Source: a virus (Duplodnaviria; Caudoviricetes). From it: a stretch of DNA of 61,834 bases. Numbering within the stretch: the first letter of the stretch is position 1; each line of letters opens with the position of its first letter. Shown piece after piece: positions 1-8,586 of the stretch. Position numbers and translations under genes: made by a program. The stretch lies in IMG/VR virus record IMGVR_UViG_3300025000_000104, positions 1 through 61,834 of that record. The stretch is one strand, 5' to 3'. The notes beneath the pieces are model-generated. The model searched no databases. It was not told the origin of the DNA and saw nothing but the letters and a program-made list of their open reading frames with translations.

Positions 1-525
1 AGTTTTTTGATGTTACATTGGGCATTACAACAATTAGAAACAGGATATAAATATAATAAAATGTATTTTGTAAAGAGTGATTCACCTCCACGTAATAGGA
101 GGGAATACCCTGCTATCCCAGGTGGAATTATGGACAAGAGTGAAGGATTGTTAGGGGTATTGTGTGATACTACTTCCGAAGAGAATCTAAATGATTTTAC
201 AAGTAGAAATAGTAAAGTAGAGGTATTACCAATCCAATTTGCTAAGTCTAGAAGTTTAAGAAAATCAATTCTATTTATTACTGAGTGTCAGGATTTTACA
301 CCTTCTGAAATGGAAAGATTACTTTCTAGAATTGGAGATGACACCGTAGTTTTATTAGATGGGTCTACAAAACAAATTGACAATAAATATTGTGGATATA
401 GAAATGGATTAACAATTGCTAGTGAAAACTTTAAGAATAAAGCAATCTCGGCACAGGTTAATATGATTACCGATTTCAGAAGTGAAATTAGCAAGATGGT
501 AAGTGAAATGGATTGGCATGATTAG
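1..525 (+). CDS. phoH: PhoH-family ATPase, C-terminal part (gene begins upstream of the window)
   Basis: PhoH-like motifs: IEVLPIQFAKSRSL-type stretch, ITECQD (Walker B-like), LLSRIG, LDGSTKQID, NGL, RSEIS. Confidence 0.85.
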   Translation, partial: SFLMLHWALQQLETGYKYNKMYFVKSDSPPRNRREYPAIPGGIMDKSEGLLGVLCDTTSEENLNDFTSRNSKVEVLPIQFAKSRSLRKSILFITECQDFTPSEMERLLSRIGDDTVVLLDGSTKQIDNKYCGYRNGLTIASENFKNKAISAQVNMITDFRSEISKMVSEMDWHD

Positions 526-607
526 GTAGTATATTATAACAATAACACGGGTCTGGTACTAAAAGTACACAGATACTATTAAAGAATAAAAAGGGGATAT
601 ATTAATA

Positions 608-883
608 ATGAATAAGCAAGCGACGATTAACAAGATGCAAGAATTGGTAGAAGGTAGCACAAAGAAAGAATGTGAGAAATATTTAACAGCATTTCTCCAA
701 GCAATGGAGTTCGCAATTAAAAATAAAGAGGAAATTAAAATTGCTGGATATTTTGGAATGGAAGTTGTAGAAAGAGCTAGTAGGACTGGAAGAAATCCCC
801 AAAATGGTGAGGTAATTCAAATTCCTGCTAAGAATGCAATTAAGACCACTATTTATAAGGTTCTTAAAGAATTGTCTCTGTAA
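608..883 (+). CDS. hup: HU/IHF-family histone-like DNA-binding protein
   Basis: MNK start, GYFGMEVVERASRTGRNPQNGEVIQIPAK signature; SD GGGGA upstream. Confidence 0.92.
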   Translation: MNKQATINKMQELVEGSTKKECEKYLTAFLQAMEFAIKNKEEIKIAGYFGMEVVERASRTGRNPQNGEVIQIPAKNAIKTTIYKVLKELSL

Positions 884-900
884 ATTAACATAAAACAATT

Positions 901-1034
901 TTGTGCTACTACAGTAAGTCCTTATATTCAATAGATATCATTGGATATAAGGCAAAAGTAGCACAATTACATAAGTCGGAATGGAGACTTTAAACCCATA
1001 TCCATTGGTCTGGATGGATACCTAAATTCATTCC
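901..1034 (+). ncRNA. Candidate structured RNA (two long interrupted hairpins)
   Basis: TTGTGCTACT 901-910 pairs AGTAGCACAA 957-966 around inner stem 920-932/940-952; GGAATGGA 978-985 pairs TTCATTCC 1027-1034 around inner stem 999-1006/1013-1020. Confidence 0.4.
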
Positions 1035-1088
1035 CATTATAGCAATAATAAAATAAATAATAAAATAAAAAGGTGGAATAAATCAATA

Positions 1089-1325
1089 ATGGCAAAATCT
1101 AAACTTACGGAAACTAAGAAGATCACACATAAACTTGCTTCTGAAGGCGAATTAACAATTACTGATCAGATTGCTGTAATTGCGATACCAGATGAAGGTG
1201 TTAAAAATCTGATTGAATTACTTAAAAATTTCTCAGGCAAATATGTTAAGTTTTCTTTTACAGAAGAAGAAATTGAGGATGTAGTAGATGAGGAAAATGA
1301 AGAACAAGAACCTGATGATGAATAA
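1089..1325 (+). CDS. YonK-like small protein
   Basis: Position between HU and phosphoesterase as in SPbeta; LLKNFSGKYVKFSFTEEE resembles the YonK C-terminus as recalled; SD AAGGTGG. Confidence 0.6.
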   Translation: MAKSKLTETKKITHKLASEGELTITDQIAVIAIPDEGVKNLIELLKNFSGKYVKFSFTEEEIEDVVDEENEEQEPDDE

Positions 1326-1526
1326 TTAATATTAAATTAAATATAAATGGATGGTGATTATGGTGATTATTATGTTCTATGAAGATGAAAGAGGTAAATC
1401 TTTAGAATCTAGCAGAGGTTAATCAATCATTCAACTAGGATCTATGAAGATGCTAGTATTTATAATAATTATTTCCCTCTATAAATTGTTGTGGTAATTT
1501 TTGAAAAACTATGCTTCATTATTAGA

Positions 1527-1900
1527 AAAACTAAGTGTAGAATGAGTTTTGTATATGGCGAAATTGAAGATTAAATATCTGATAAGACGCACTATTTTTA
1601 GATTTCTACAATTATCATAAAGATCATAGTTCATCAAAAGGCATTACACCTCCTGAATTTAATTTTAGACTTAATAAGATGTTAATAATATTCATCTTAC
1701 ACATGAGAACAAAGGTTATATTTGACTACGGTTAAGAAATATAACCTCTCATGGATATACACTTAGTTTTGACTAAGAGAATCTATTTCATATTTCACAT
1801 TTAGTGTGGTTATAAAAGTCTTTTGTGCTTTTATAAGTAGGTATGGTTGTCTAAACAGAACCCATCACGCTTAATTTACTTATTTGTAAATGCGTACCAC
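1527..1900 (+). ncRNA. Candidate large structured non-coding element
   Basis: 13-bp long-range inverted repeat 1527-1539/1758-1770; hairpins 1675-1699, 1702-1753, 1810-1836, 1867-1895; no long ORF; strand assumed. Confidence 0.35.
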
Positions 1901-1964
1901 GATGTGTCATTTTAATTATTATGCATCCCCTATTCTCTTTTTAAGGAGATGAGACAAAACAAAA

Positions 1965-2144
1965 ATGATTAAAGTAGAAAAACCTATTGATAATAAACTA
2001 AACAGATATAATAACTATGACATTGAAAATGCTGATACATTGTGCCCAGTGTGTAAAAATGAGAAACAGCGATTCTGGTTGGCATTTTATTGTGGAGAGA
2101 CTTTGTTGGTGTGTCGTGATTGCGGTTATCACGAGGAAATTTAA
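1965..2144 (+). CDS. 59-aa zinc-ribbon protein (missed by ORF track)
   Basis: Manual translation MIKVEKPIDNKLNRYNNYDIENADTLCPVCKNEKQRFWLAFYCGETLLVCRDCGYHEEI; CxxC...CxxC. Confidence 0.7.
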   Translation: MIKVEKPIDNKLNRYNNYDIENADTLCPVCKNEKQRFWLAFYCGETLLVCRDCGYHEEI

Positions 2145-2225
2145 TATTTAGTATTTAGTAATTAATATATCACATTGGTCGATTGTGATATTGAAGTTGA
2201 AAATAATAAATTCTAAGGGGAATTT

Positions 2226-3560
2226 ATGGAATATATAAGAAAAGAAAATGAGTCATTTTTACAATTTGCTGAAAGATTACTATCTAACAGAAAAGAATAT
2301 GATTTAGATAAAGTTGAAGTGTATGAGATATTATACGGAGAACAAGTTTCAGCAGATCATGCAAGAAAATGTTTGACAAGCTTAGAAAAAACAATTGAAC
2401 AAGATAAAATGTGTAAAGTTGACGTACAATCTTATGTACAATCTGATGAAGTTAAACCAAATTATAAAGAATCTGTAGAAATTAAAAGCAATGGTGAACA
2501 AATTTCCGATAAATTATTGGAAATGAGTCTTGAAGAATCAAAAGATCCTGAATTTGTTTTGAGGAGTCATGGATATTCTTCTTCTGAGTGGGTTATTACA
2601 TCTGCTAAAAATTCAATGTGGCATATGAATACTAAAGCAGATGGGGTTAAGGTACTTTACAGTTCAAAGATTAGTGTAAAACCTAGGATTGAATATCAAT
2701 GGAATGAAGAAGATGCAAAAAAGATATTCTCTAGGTTAGAAACATATACAAGAAATAAGTCAAGTATTAAACCATTACAATATAAACAAAATGGTAAATT
2801 ACTTATTGTACCTATCGCTGATTTTCACTTGAATCTTTTATCGGATGAATTATCTACGGGAAATGAATATAATATGCAAATTGCTGAAGATATTTTCTTT
2901 CAAGTAATTAACGATATTATAGATAGAGTTGAAGACAAACATTTTGAGAAGGTTTTATTTGCTGTCGGAAACGATTTTATTAATGCAGATAATCTAAATG
3001 GTACTACAACTCGTGGAACGCCTCAAGATAATGCAGAATCGTGGTTTAAAGCTGTACATAAGGCTACAGAATTAATTATTAGAGCAACTGATATGCTTAC
3101 ATATATTGCACCAGTAGACGTAGTTCTAGTTCCTTCTAATCATGATTTACATACAATGTTTGGAGTAATTCAAACTGTAAAAGCATGGTACAGAGACGAT
3201 AATAATGTTCATGTAGATGATAGTCCTTTGCCAAGAAAATATTATGAATTTGGGAAAACACTTATTTCTTTATCTCATGATATCAAAGTAAAAGATGCTT
3301 TACAGATAATCACTACTGAAGCAAAAGAAAAATGGAGTAATTGTGAACATATTATTTTAATGCTTGCTCATTTTCATCAAAGTATAGTATATGAAAAACA
3401 AGGATATTTAGAGGTATTGAGATTACCTTGTGTTAGTGGTTGGTCTAGATGGACTAATGACAAAGGATATATTCAATCAGAGAAAAAGAATCAGAGTTTT
3501 ATTATTGATAAAGAACTTGGAATTACAGATATTATGAATACAATTATTGTTGATTATTAA
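2226..3560 (+). CDS. Calcineurin-like metallophosphoesterase (YonJ-like position)
   Basis: IADFH, VGNDFI, PSNHD, SHD, AHFH metallophosphoesterase motifs. Confidence 0.8.
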   Translation: MEYIRKENESFLQFAERLLSNRKEYDLDKVEVYEILYGEQVSADHARKCLTSLEKTIEQDKMCKVDVQSYVQSDEVKPNYKESVEIKSNGEQISDKLLEMSLEESKDPEFVLRSHGYSSSEWVITSAKNSMWHMNTKADGVKVLYSSKISVKPRIEYQWNEEDAKKIFSRLETYTRNKSSIKPLQYKQNGKLLIVPIADFHLNLLSDELSTGNEYNMQIAEDIFFQVINDIIDRVEDKHFEKVLFAVGNDFINADNLNGTTTRGTPQDNAESWFKAVHKATELIIRATDMLTYIAPVDVVLVPSNHDLHTMFGVIQTVKAWYRDDNNVHVDDSPLPRKYYEFGKTLISLSHDIKVKDALQIITTEAKEKWSNCEHIILMLAHFHQSIVYEKQGYLEVLRLPCVSGWSRWTNDKGYIQSEKKNQSFIIDKELGITDIMNTIIVDY

Positions 3561-3585
3561 AATAATAAATAATATGTTATTTTTG

Positions 3586-3618
3586 GGATATGTCATGTCG
3601 TGAGACACACCGCTATCC
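3586..3618 (+). promoter_or_regulatory. Reduced leader hairpin upstream of GIY-YIG gene (element A)
   Basis: GGATA/TATCC stem enclosing TGTC-GTGA-GACA hairpin; CTATCC 3613-3618 is complementary to GGATAG 3642-3647 beside the start. Confidence 0.45.
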
Positions 3619-3648
3619 ATCTTTTATATTAAATTAAAGGAGGATAGG

Positions 3649-4607
3649 ATGGTAAAAGAAAAGGTTTGTGGAATATATTGTATTAAGAATTTAATCAATA
3701 ATAAAATGTATATAGGTTTAAGTACTAATATTTATACAAGATGGGATAGTCATAGGAATATGTTAAATAGAAATGACCATTTCAATATATTTCTTCAAAG
3801 ATCGTGGAATAAATATAAAGAAAATAATTTCAAATTTAGTATAATTGAAATCTGTATAGAAGATGAATTGTCTCAAAAGGAAATTTATTATATTAAACTA
3901 TATGATGCCAATAATGATAAATATGGTTATAATTTATCATCTGGTGGAGATAAACCTAAAATAAATGAAGAATCTTTAATTAGAAAGTCTTTAAAATATT
4001 CTAAAAGAGTATTGCAATTTGCTAAAGATGGATTATTTATTGCTGAACATTTAAATTCTCATAAAGTTGGTGAATTATATAAAGTATCTCCTTCAGCTAT
4101 TCATCAATGTTGTTTGGGTAATACAAAATCTGCTTACGGGTATATATGGAAATTTAAAGAAGATTGTTGTGATATCGTCAGCAAGTTAAATGATAATACA
4201 GATATTCCAAATTTATATTATATAGCACCAGTTTCTAAAATTGTATATCAAATTGACTTAGAAGGAAATTTTCTTAAAGAATGGTATAGTTGTGATACTA
4301 TAGGAGAATTTTATAATATTGTATCTGAAAATATTCGTTCATGTTGTGATAAAAAATATGGCAGAAAAACTTATATAGGATATATGCTGATGATTATAAC
4401 ATAAATGGAATAGATTTACAATATTATACACGTCAAAAGAGTACAAAACCAGTTGAACAATATGACTTAGAAGGAAATTACATAGAAACTTTTGAATCAG
4501 CAAGAGAAGCAGAACGAGTAACTGGTATAGGTTATAAAATGATTTCTAGAGTATGCAAAGGTGAAAGACCTTATACTCATGGATTCATATGGAAATTTGC
4601 TAGTTAA
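3649..4607 (+). pseudogene. GIY-YIG homing endonuclease with NUMOD1-type repeats, frameshifted near 4385
   Basis: GIYCIKN...MYIG motif; ORF stops at 4404, but another frame (4386-4607) encodes a further repeat KPVEQYDLEGNYIETFESAREAERVTG...HGFIWKFAS. Confidence 0.8.
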
Positions 4608-4645
4608 AAATTAAAATAAATAATTGCCAGAAAGGTAATATACAT

Positions 4646-5236
4646 ATGGAAATATTAATGCCAACTGATAAAATTATTGACGAGATGAAATTAACTTCTG
4701 CTATTAGAGATCGTCGCATTTTTGTAAATGAGGTAATAGACAACGATATCTCATTCAAGACAGTTTATTTTTTAGATAGAATTGTCTCATTAGATAATAA
4801 ATCCAATATTCCTATGTCTGAAAGAGAAAGTATAGAAATACTTATTGACTCGCCAGGAGGCAGTATTAATTCAGGTCTAAGTATCATTTCTAAAGTCGAA
4901 GAATTAAAGGATATAGGATATAAGATTATCACTACTAATCAAGCTTCCTCTGCATCTATGGCATTCATGCTCCTTATAGTTGGATCTGAGCGTAGAGCTT
5001 ATCGCTATTCTTATGCACTTGCACATCAACCTTCAACGTGGATGGGTGGAGTTCTTCAAGAATTAGAAGATGAAGTAACTGAGCTAAAAAGATTATGGGG
5101 TTTAATGAAAATGCTAATTATGAAATATACTGATATTCCAGAATCAAAATTAGATGAATTTAAAGAAAAGAAACAAGATTGGATTTTAAATCCGTCTCAA
5201 TGTTTGGATATGGGTGTAATTGATTATATTATGTAA
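4646..5236 (+). CDS. clpP: ClpP-like serine protease
   Basis: IDSPGG, ASMA (catalytic Ser), HQP (His), DWIL (Asp), C-terminal MGVIDYI. Confidence 0.88.
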   Translation: MEILMPTDKIIDEMKLTSAIRDRRIFVNEVIDNDISFKTVYFLDRIVSLDNKSNIPMSERESIEILIDSPGGSINSGLSIISKVEELKDIGYKIITTNQASSASMAFMLLIVGSERRAYRYSYALAHQPSTWMGGVLQELEDEVTELKRLWGLMKMLIMKYTDIPESKLDEFKEKKQDWILNPSQCLDMGVIDYIM

Positions 5237-5255
5237 AATTTAAGGAGAATTATAT

Positions 5256-5627
5256 ATGTGCGATAATTGCAAAGAAATACAAGGTAAAGTAGATTCAATT
5301 ATTGAACCAACTGAAATCCTAGCAGAATTAAAATCAACCTCTCTCCCATCTTCTGATGAACCAATAATGTTTTTTGAACCTATAGATATAAATGGAACGG
5401 AAAAGTTAGATTTGGATGAATTTTCAAGAGGTATTAAAGAAGCATCGTTTGCATGTGGTATGTATACTGCATTATTAAATGTTGGATTTACTCAAGAAGA
5501 TGCAATTGCTTATATTTTCAATCGAATGAACATTGATAATAATATTGAGATTGGAAAAATTTCAGCTAATGCTACTATTGAATCTAGTAAAAATGTTAAT
5601 TTAGCAAAAGAGAAAGAAATGCTGTAA
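5256..5627 (+). CDS. Hypothetical protein
   Basis: ORF with SD AAGGAG, co-oriented. Confidence 0.7.
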   Translation: MCDNCKEIQGKVDSIIEPTEILAELKSTSLPSSDEPIMFFEPIDINGTEKLDLDEFSRGIKEASFACGMYTALLNVGFTQEDAIAYIFNRMNIDNNIEIGKISANATIESSKNVNLAKEKEML

Positions 5628-5676
5628 TTTTAATATTTACAATACAAAATAATAAATAAAGGTAGGAAATCACAAA

Positions 5677-6087
5677 ATGAGAGTATTTAATGCAGAATCA
5701 GTATGGGATAAAGAAGAACAAAAGTGGATGCAATGTCTAACTATTGATGGTTTTGAAGTAGATTTAGAAACTTATGCTTTGGAATTAAATAATGAAACAT
5801 ATGATAATGAAGAAGGCGTAATTGCTTGTACTTGTGATGATTGTGAAGAAGTAAATAGTAATGAGGATAATGATACTCATGGAGAAGATTGTACATGTGA
5901 GGACTGCCTAGAAGATAGGAAGAATATTTATTTAGCCGAAGCTGTAAAATATATGTTTGAGAATCAACTATGTCCTAAACATGTATTCGAAATGCTTGGA
6001 GATATTTATGATAAGGCAAATTATGAAGGTTACGAAGAAGGTTATGATGCAATGAAGGAAGATATGCGAGAGTTTTTAGAGGATTGA
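5677..6087 (+). CDS. Acidic Cys-rich hypothetical protein (possible metal binding)
   Basis: CTCDDC, HGEDCTCEDC and CPKH motifs. Confidence 0.7.
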   Translation: MRVFNAESVWDKEEQKWMQCLTIDGFEVDLETYALELNNETYDNEEGVIACTCDDCEEVNSNEDNDTHGEDCTCEDCLEDRKNIYLAEAVKYMFENQLCPKHVFEMLGDIYDKANYEGYEEGYDAMKEDMREFLED

Positions 6088-6160
6088 TGAAAACCAAATC
6101 AAATCAATTTTAGATTTTAATGGGATTTTTGTTAGGAATATATAAAGTTTTGTGGATTAT

Positions 6161-6190
6161 AGGCACTTCAATTTATTTTGGAGTGTCTTT
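6161..6190 (+). terminator. Intrinsic terminator-like hairpin (GCACTTC/GAAGTGTC family)
   Basis: AGGCACTTCAA...TTGGAGTGTCTTT. Confidence 0.55.
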
Positions 6191-6213
6191 GTGTCTTCAA
6201 AAATATTGTTGAC

Positions 6214-6310
6214 TTGGGGGTTAGGTTTTGTAATAGGGTAGCTCTCTATTTTCTGTGTTGCCTATCCCCTATTTATCCTTTAACACAGAGAGGATTATAA
6301 CACAGAAAGA
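6214..6310 (+). ncRNA. Antisense-loop leader RNA B with two targets
   Basis: GGGG-TTAGG/CCTA-TCCCC outer stem; inner hairpin with TAGCT loop; TTCTGTGTT 6251-6259 complementary to TAACACAGA repeats at 6281-6289 and 6298-6306. Confidence 0.7.
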
Positions 6311-6322
6311 AGGAATTAGAGA

Positions 6323-7519
6323 ATGTTAATTAGTAAAGAGGTAGAAGTTTTAGTAAAAAGAGGAAATATAAGATGGGTCGGAAAAATATATAATGTAAAA
6401 ATTGGTGATACAATTAATATCCCTATTGATAATTTACCAGTAAACTCTAAGGAATATATTGATTATTCATGTGATTATTGTGGAAAAGAAACAGGTAATA
6501 CATATCAGAATTACTATAAAAATCATAATAAATCAACCATACGAAAAGATGCTTGTAAAGAATGTGTAGCAGAAAAAAGAAAAGAAGTTGTTTTAGATAA
6601 ATATGGTGTTTCTAATATTAGTCAATTAGATGAAGTTAAAAGTAAAAAGGAGATTACATGTTTAGAGCATTTTGGTGTTTTTTGTAATTTAATTGCAGAC
6701 GATACAAAGAACAAAATCAAAAATACGAATCAAAAAATATATGGAGTAGACAATGTTGCAAAGAACAGTAATGTAAAAGAAAAAGCTCGTCAAACAAATT
6801 TGGATCGTTACGGGGTAGAATGGACTTCTCAGTCGCAACAAATGAGAAACAATACATTAATTACAATGAATGAGAGATACGGAGAAGATTATGGTATCAA
6901 TGTTCCAGAAATCAGAAATAAAATAGAAAAAACAAATTTAGATAGATATGGTTCTAAATGTGTTTTTGGTTCTGAATATTTTAAAGACAAATCAAAACAG
7001 ACGATACAAGATAAATTTGGAGTAGATAATGTATCTCAATGCGAAGAAATAAAAATGAAAAAAGCAGAAACATTTTATAAGAATGGAACGATTGCAACTT
7101 CAAGACAACAAATGTATATTCATCAATTATTTGGTGGTATTTTAAATTATTCTAATAATACACCAAGTTTAGATATTGCTTTCCCTGAAGATAAAATTTA
7201 TATTGAAGTAAACGGGTCTGGCCATGACCTATGTGTAAAAATGGGAACAATGACACAAAAAGAATTTGAACAAAGAGAATTAAGAAGATATAAATATTTA
7301 AAAGGGCATGGGTGGAAAGGTATTTTTATTAATACTGGTAGGGATTATTTGCCTTCTGACGATGTTTTGTTGGAAGAATACAGAAATGCTTTAGAATGGT
7401 TTAAATCTACTGATAAATATCATTCACATTATAATATTGATATTGGTGGAATTATTAATGATAACAAATATGGAAGATTAAGAAGAATTACAGAAAACGA
7501 TTTAGAAGAAGTTAGTTAA
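6323..7519 (+). CDS. Putative homing endonuclease: CDYC zinc module, (K/R)YGV-type repeats, C-terminal Vsr/PD-(D/E)xK-like nuclease
   Basis: Repeats DKYGVSNISQ, KIYGVDNVAK, DRYGVEWTSQ; SLDIAF...IYIEVNGSGH; paralog of 53140-54507. Confidence 0.7.
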   Translation: MLISKEVEVLVKRGNIRWVGKIYNVKIGDTINIPIDNLPVNSKEYIDYSCDYCGKETGNTYQNYYKNHNKSTIRKDACKECVAEKRKEVVLDKYGVSNISQLDEVKSKKEITCLEHFGVFCNLIADDTKNKIKNTNQKIYGVDNVAKNSNVKEKARQTNLDRYGVEWTSQSQQMRNNTLITMNERYGEDYGINVPEIRNKIEKTNLDRYGSKCVFGSEYFKDKSKQTIQDKFGVDNVSQCEEIKMKKAETFYKNGTIATSRQQMYIHQLFGGILNYSNNTPSLDIAFPEDKIYIEVNGSGHDLCVKMGTMTQKEFEQRELRRYKYLKGHGWKGIFINTGRDYLPSDDVLLEEYRNALEWFKSTDKYHSHYNIDIGGIINDNKYGRLRRITENDLEEVS

Positions 7520-7536
7520 TATCAACTTCTTCTTTA
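7503..7536 (+). terminator. Hairpin/terminator at end of endonuclease gene
   Basis: AGAAGAAGTT...AACTTCTTCT followed by T-rich tract. Confidence 0.5.
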
Positions 7537-7551
7537 TTTAATTAAAAAGAG

Positions 7552-8586
7552 GTGAGACCTATTCCAAGAATAAAATCGACACAGCAAAAACAAGCACATA
7601 TTCCAAAAAAGGATTTAAATTTAACTTGTGCTGCCTGTACTGATTTAAAACACGAAAGAGAATACTATGTAAGCTATAATAAAATCCATTCTTCTGGACG
7701 TATTCCTTATTGTAAGGCTTGCTTAAAGAAAATGATAAGTGATGATAATGGAAATGTAACTCTAGATAAATTACAATCAACAATGCAATTAATAGATAGA
7801 CCATTTATTTTTGATCTTTATAAAATTTCATTAGAAGATAAAAATGACACATTTGGATGCTATATGAAAAATTTATGTCTTAAACAAAATCGTGAATTAA
7901 CATGGAAAGACTCTCTTTTTAGACCTCAATTAAATAGTGAGTTGAATTATGATAGTTCATTAAGCACAAATAAAACCTATGATTATACTAAACAAAATAA
8001 TTCACACATGGATGGATTCATTATAACTAATGAAATAATTGATAAATGGAATTACGGATATACAAATGAAGAGTATTATTATTTTGAAAAAAAATATAAC
8101 CAACTTAAAAACAATTACTCTGAAAAAACTGCTATGCATACCGAAGCACTTCTAAATTATATTAGATATAGAGTTAAAGAAGAATTAGCAACTGCAAAAG
8201 GAGACGTTAAAGAAGCTAAAGAATGGGGTGGTCTTGCTAAAGATGCAGCAACCGCAGCAAAAATAAATCCTAGTCAATTATCTGCTGCTGATTTAACGGA
8301 TGGTTTAAGTGGGTTTGGTCAATTAGTAAGGGCAGTAGAACAAGTTGTTGATATTGTTGAGATATTACCTAAATTCAAACAAAAACCGCAGGATAATGTT
8401 GATTTTACTTTATGGTGCTATATTAATTATGTAAGAGGGTTAAAAGGTTTAGGTGATTGTGAATATAAAGAGATATACGGATTTTACGAACAAAAAAAGA
8501 AAGATTTAGCTAATAAAATAATAAATAATGATGATATAATCGAAGAAGACATTGATGTCGAAGGTGAACATAATGGGGTCACATAA
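7552..8586 (+). CDS. Terminase small subunit-like protein (YonG-like position)
   Basis: N-terminal CAAC...PYCKAC zinc motif; overlaps the start of the large terminase. Confidence 0.6.
   Translation: MRPIPRIKSTQQKQAHIPKKDLNLTCAACTDLKHEREYYVSYNKIHSSGRIPYCKACLKKMISDDNGNVTLDKLQSTMQLIDRPFIFDLYKISLEDKNDTFGCYMKNLCLKQNRELTWKDSLFRPQLNSELNYDSSLSTNKTYDYTKQNNSHMDGFIITNEIIDKWNYGYTNEEYYYFEKKYNQLKNNYSEKTAMHTEALLNYIRYRVKEELATAKGDVKEAKEWGGLAKDAATAAKINPSQLSAADLTDGLSGFGQLVRAVEQVVDIVEILPKFKQKPQDNVDFTLWCYINYVRGLKGLGDCEYKEIYGFYEQKKKDLANKIINNDDIIEEDIDVEGEHNGVT

Noticed and set aside
1806-1900. tRNA gene
   Set aside because: Multi-branch fold, but no T-loop GTTC motif or canonical arm lengths; kept only as part of the ncRNA candidate.
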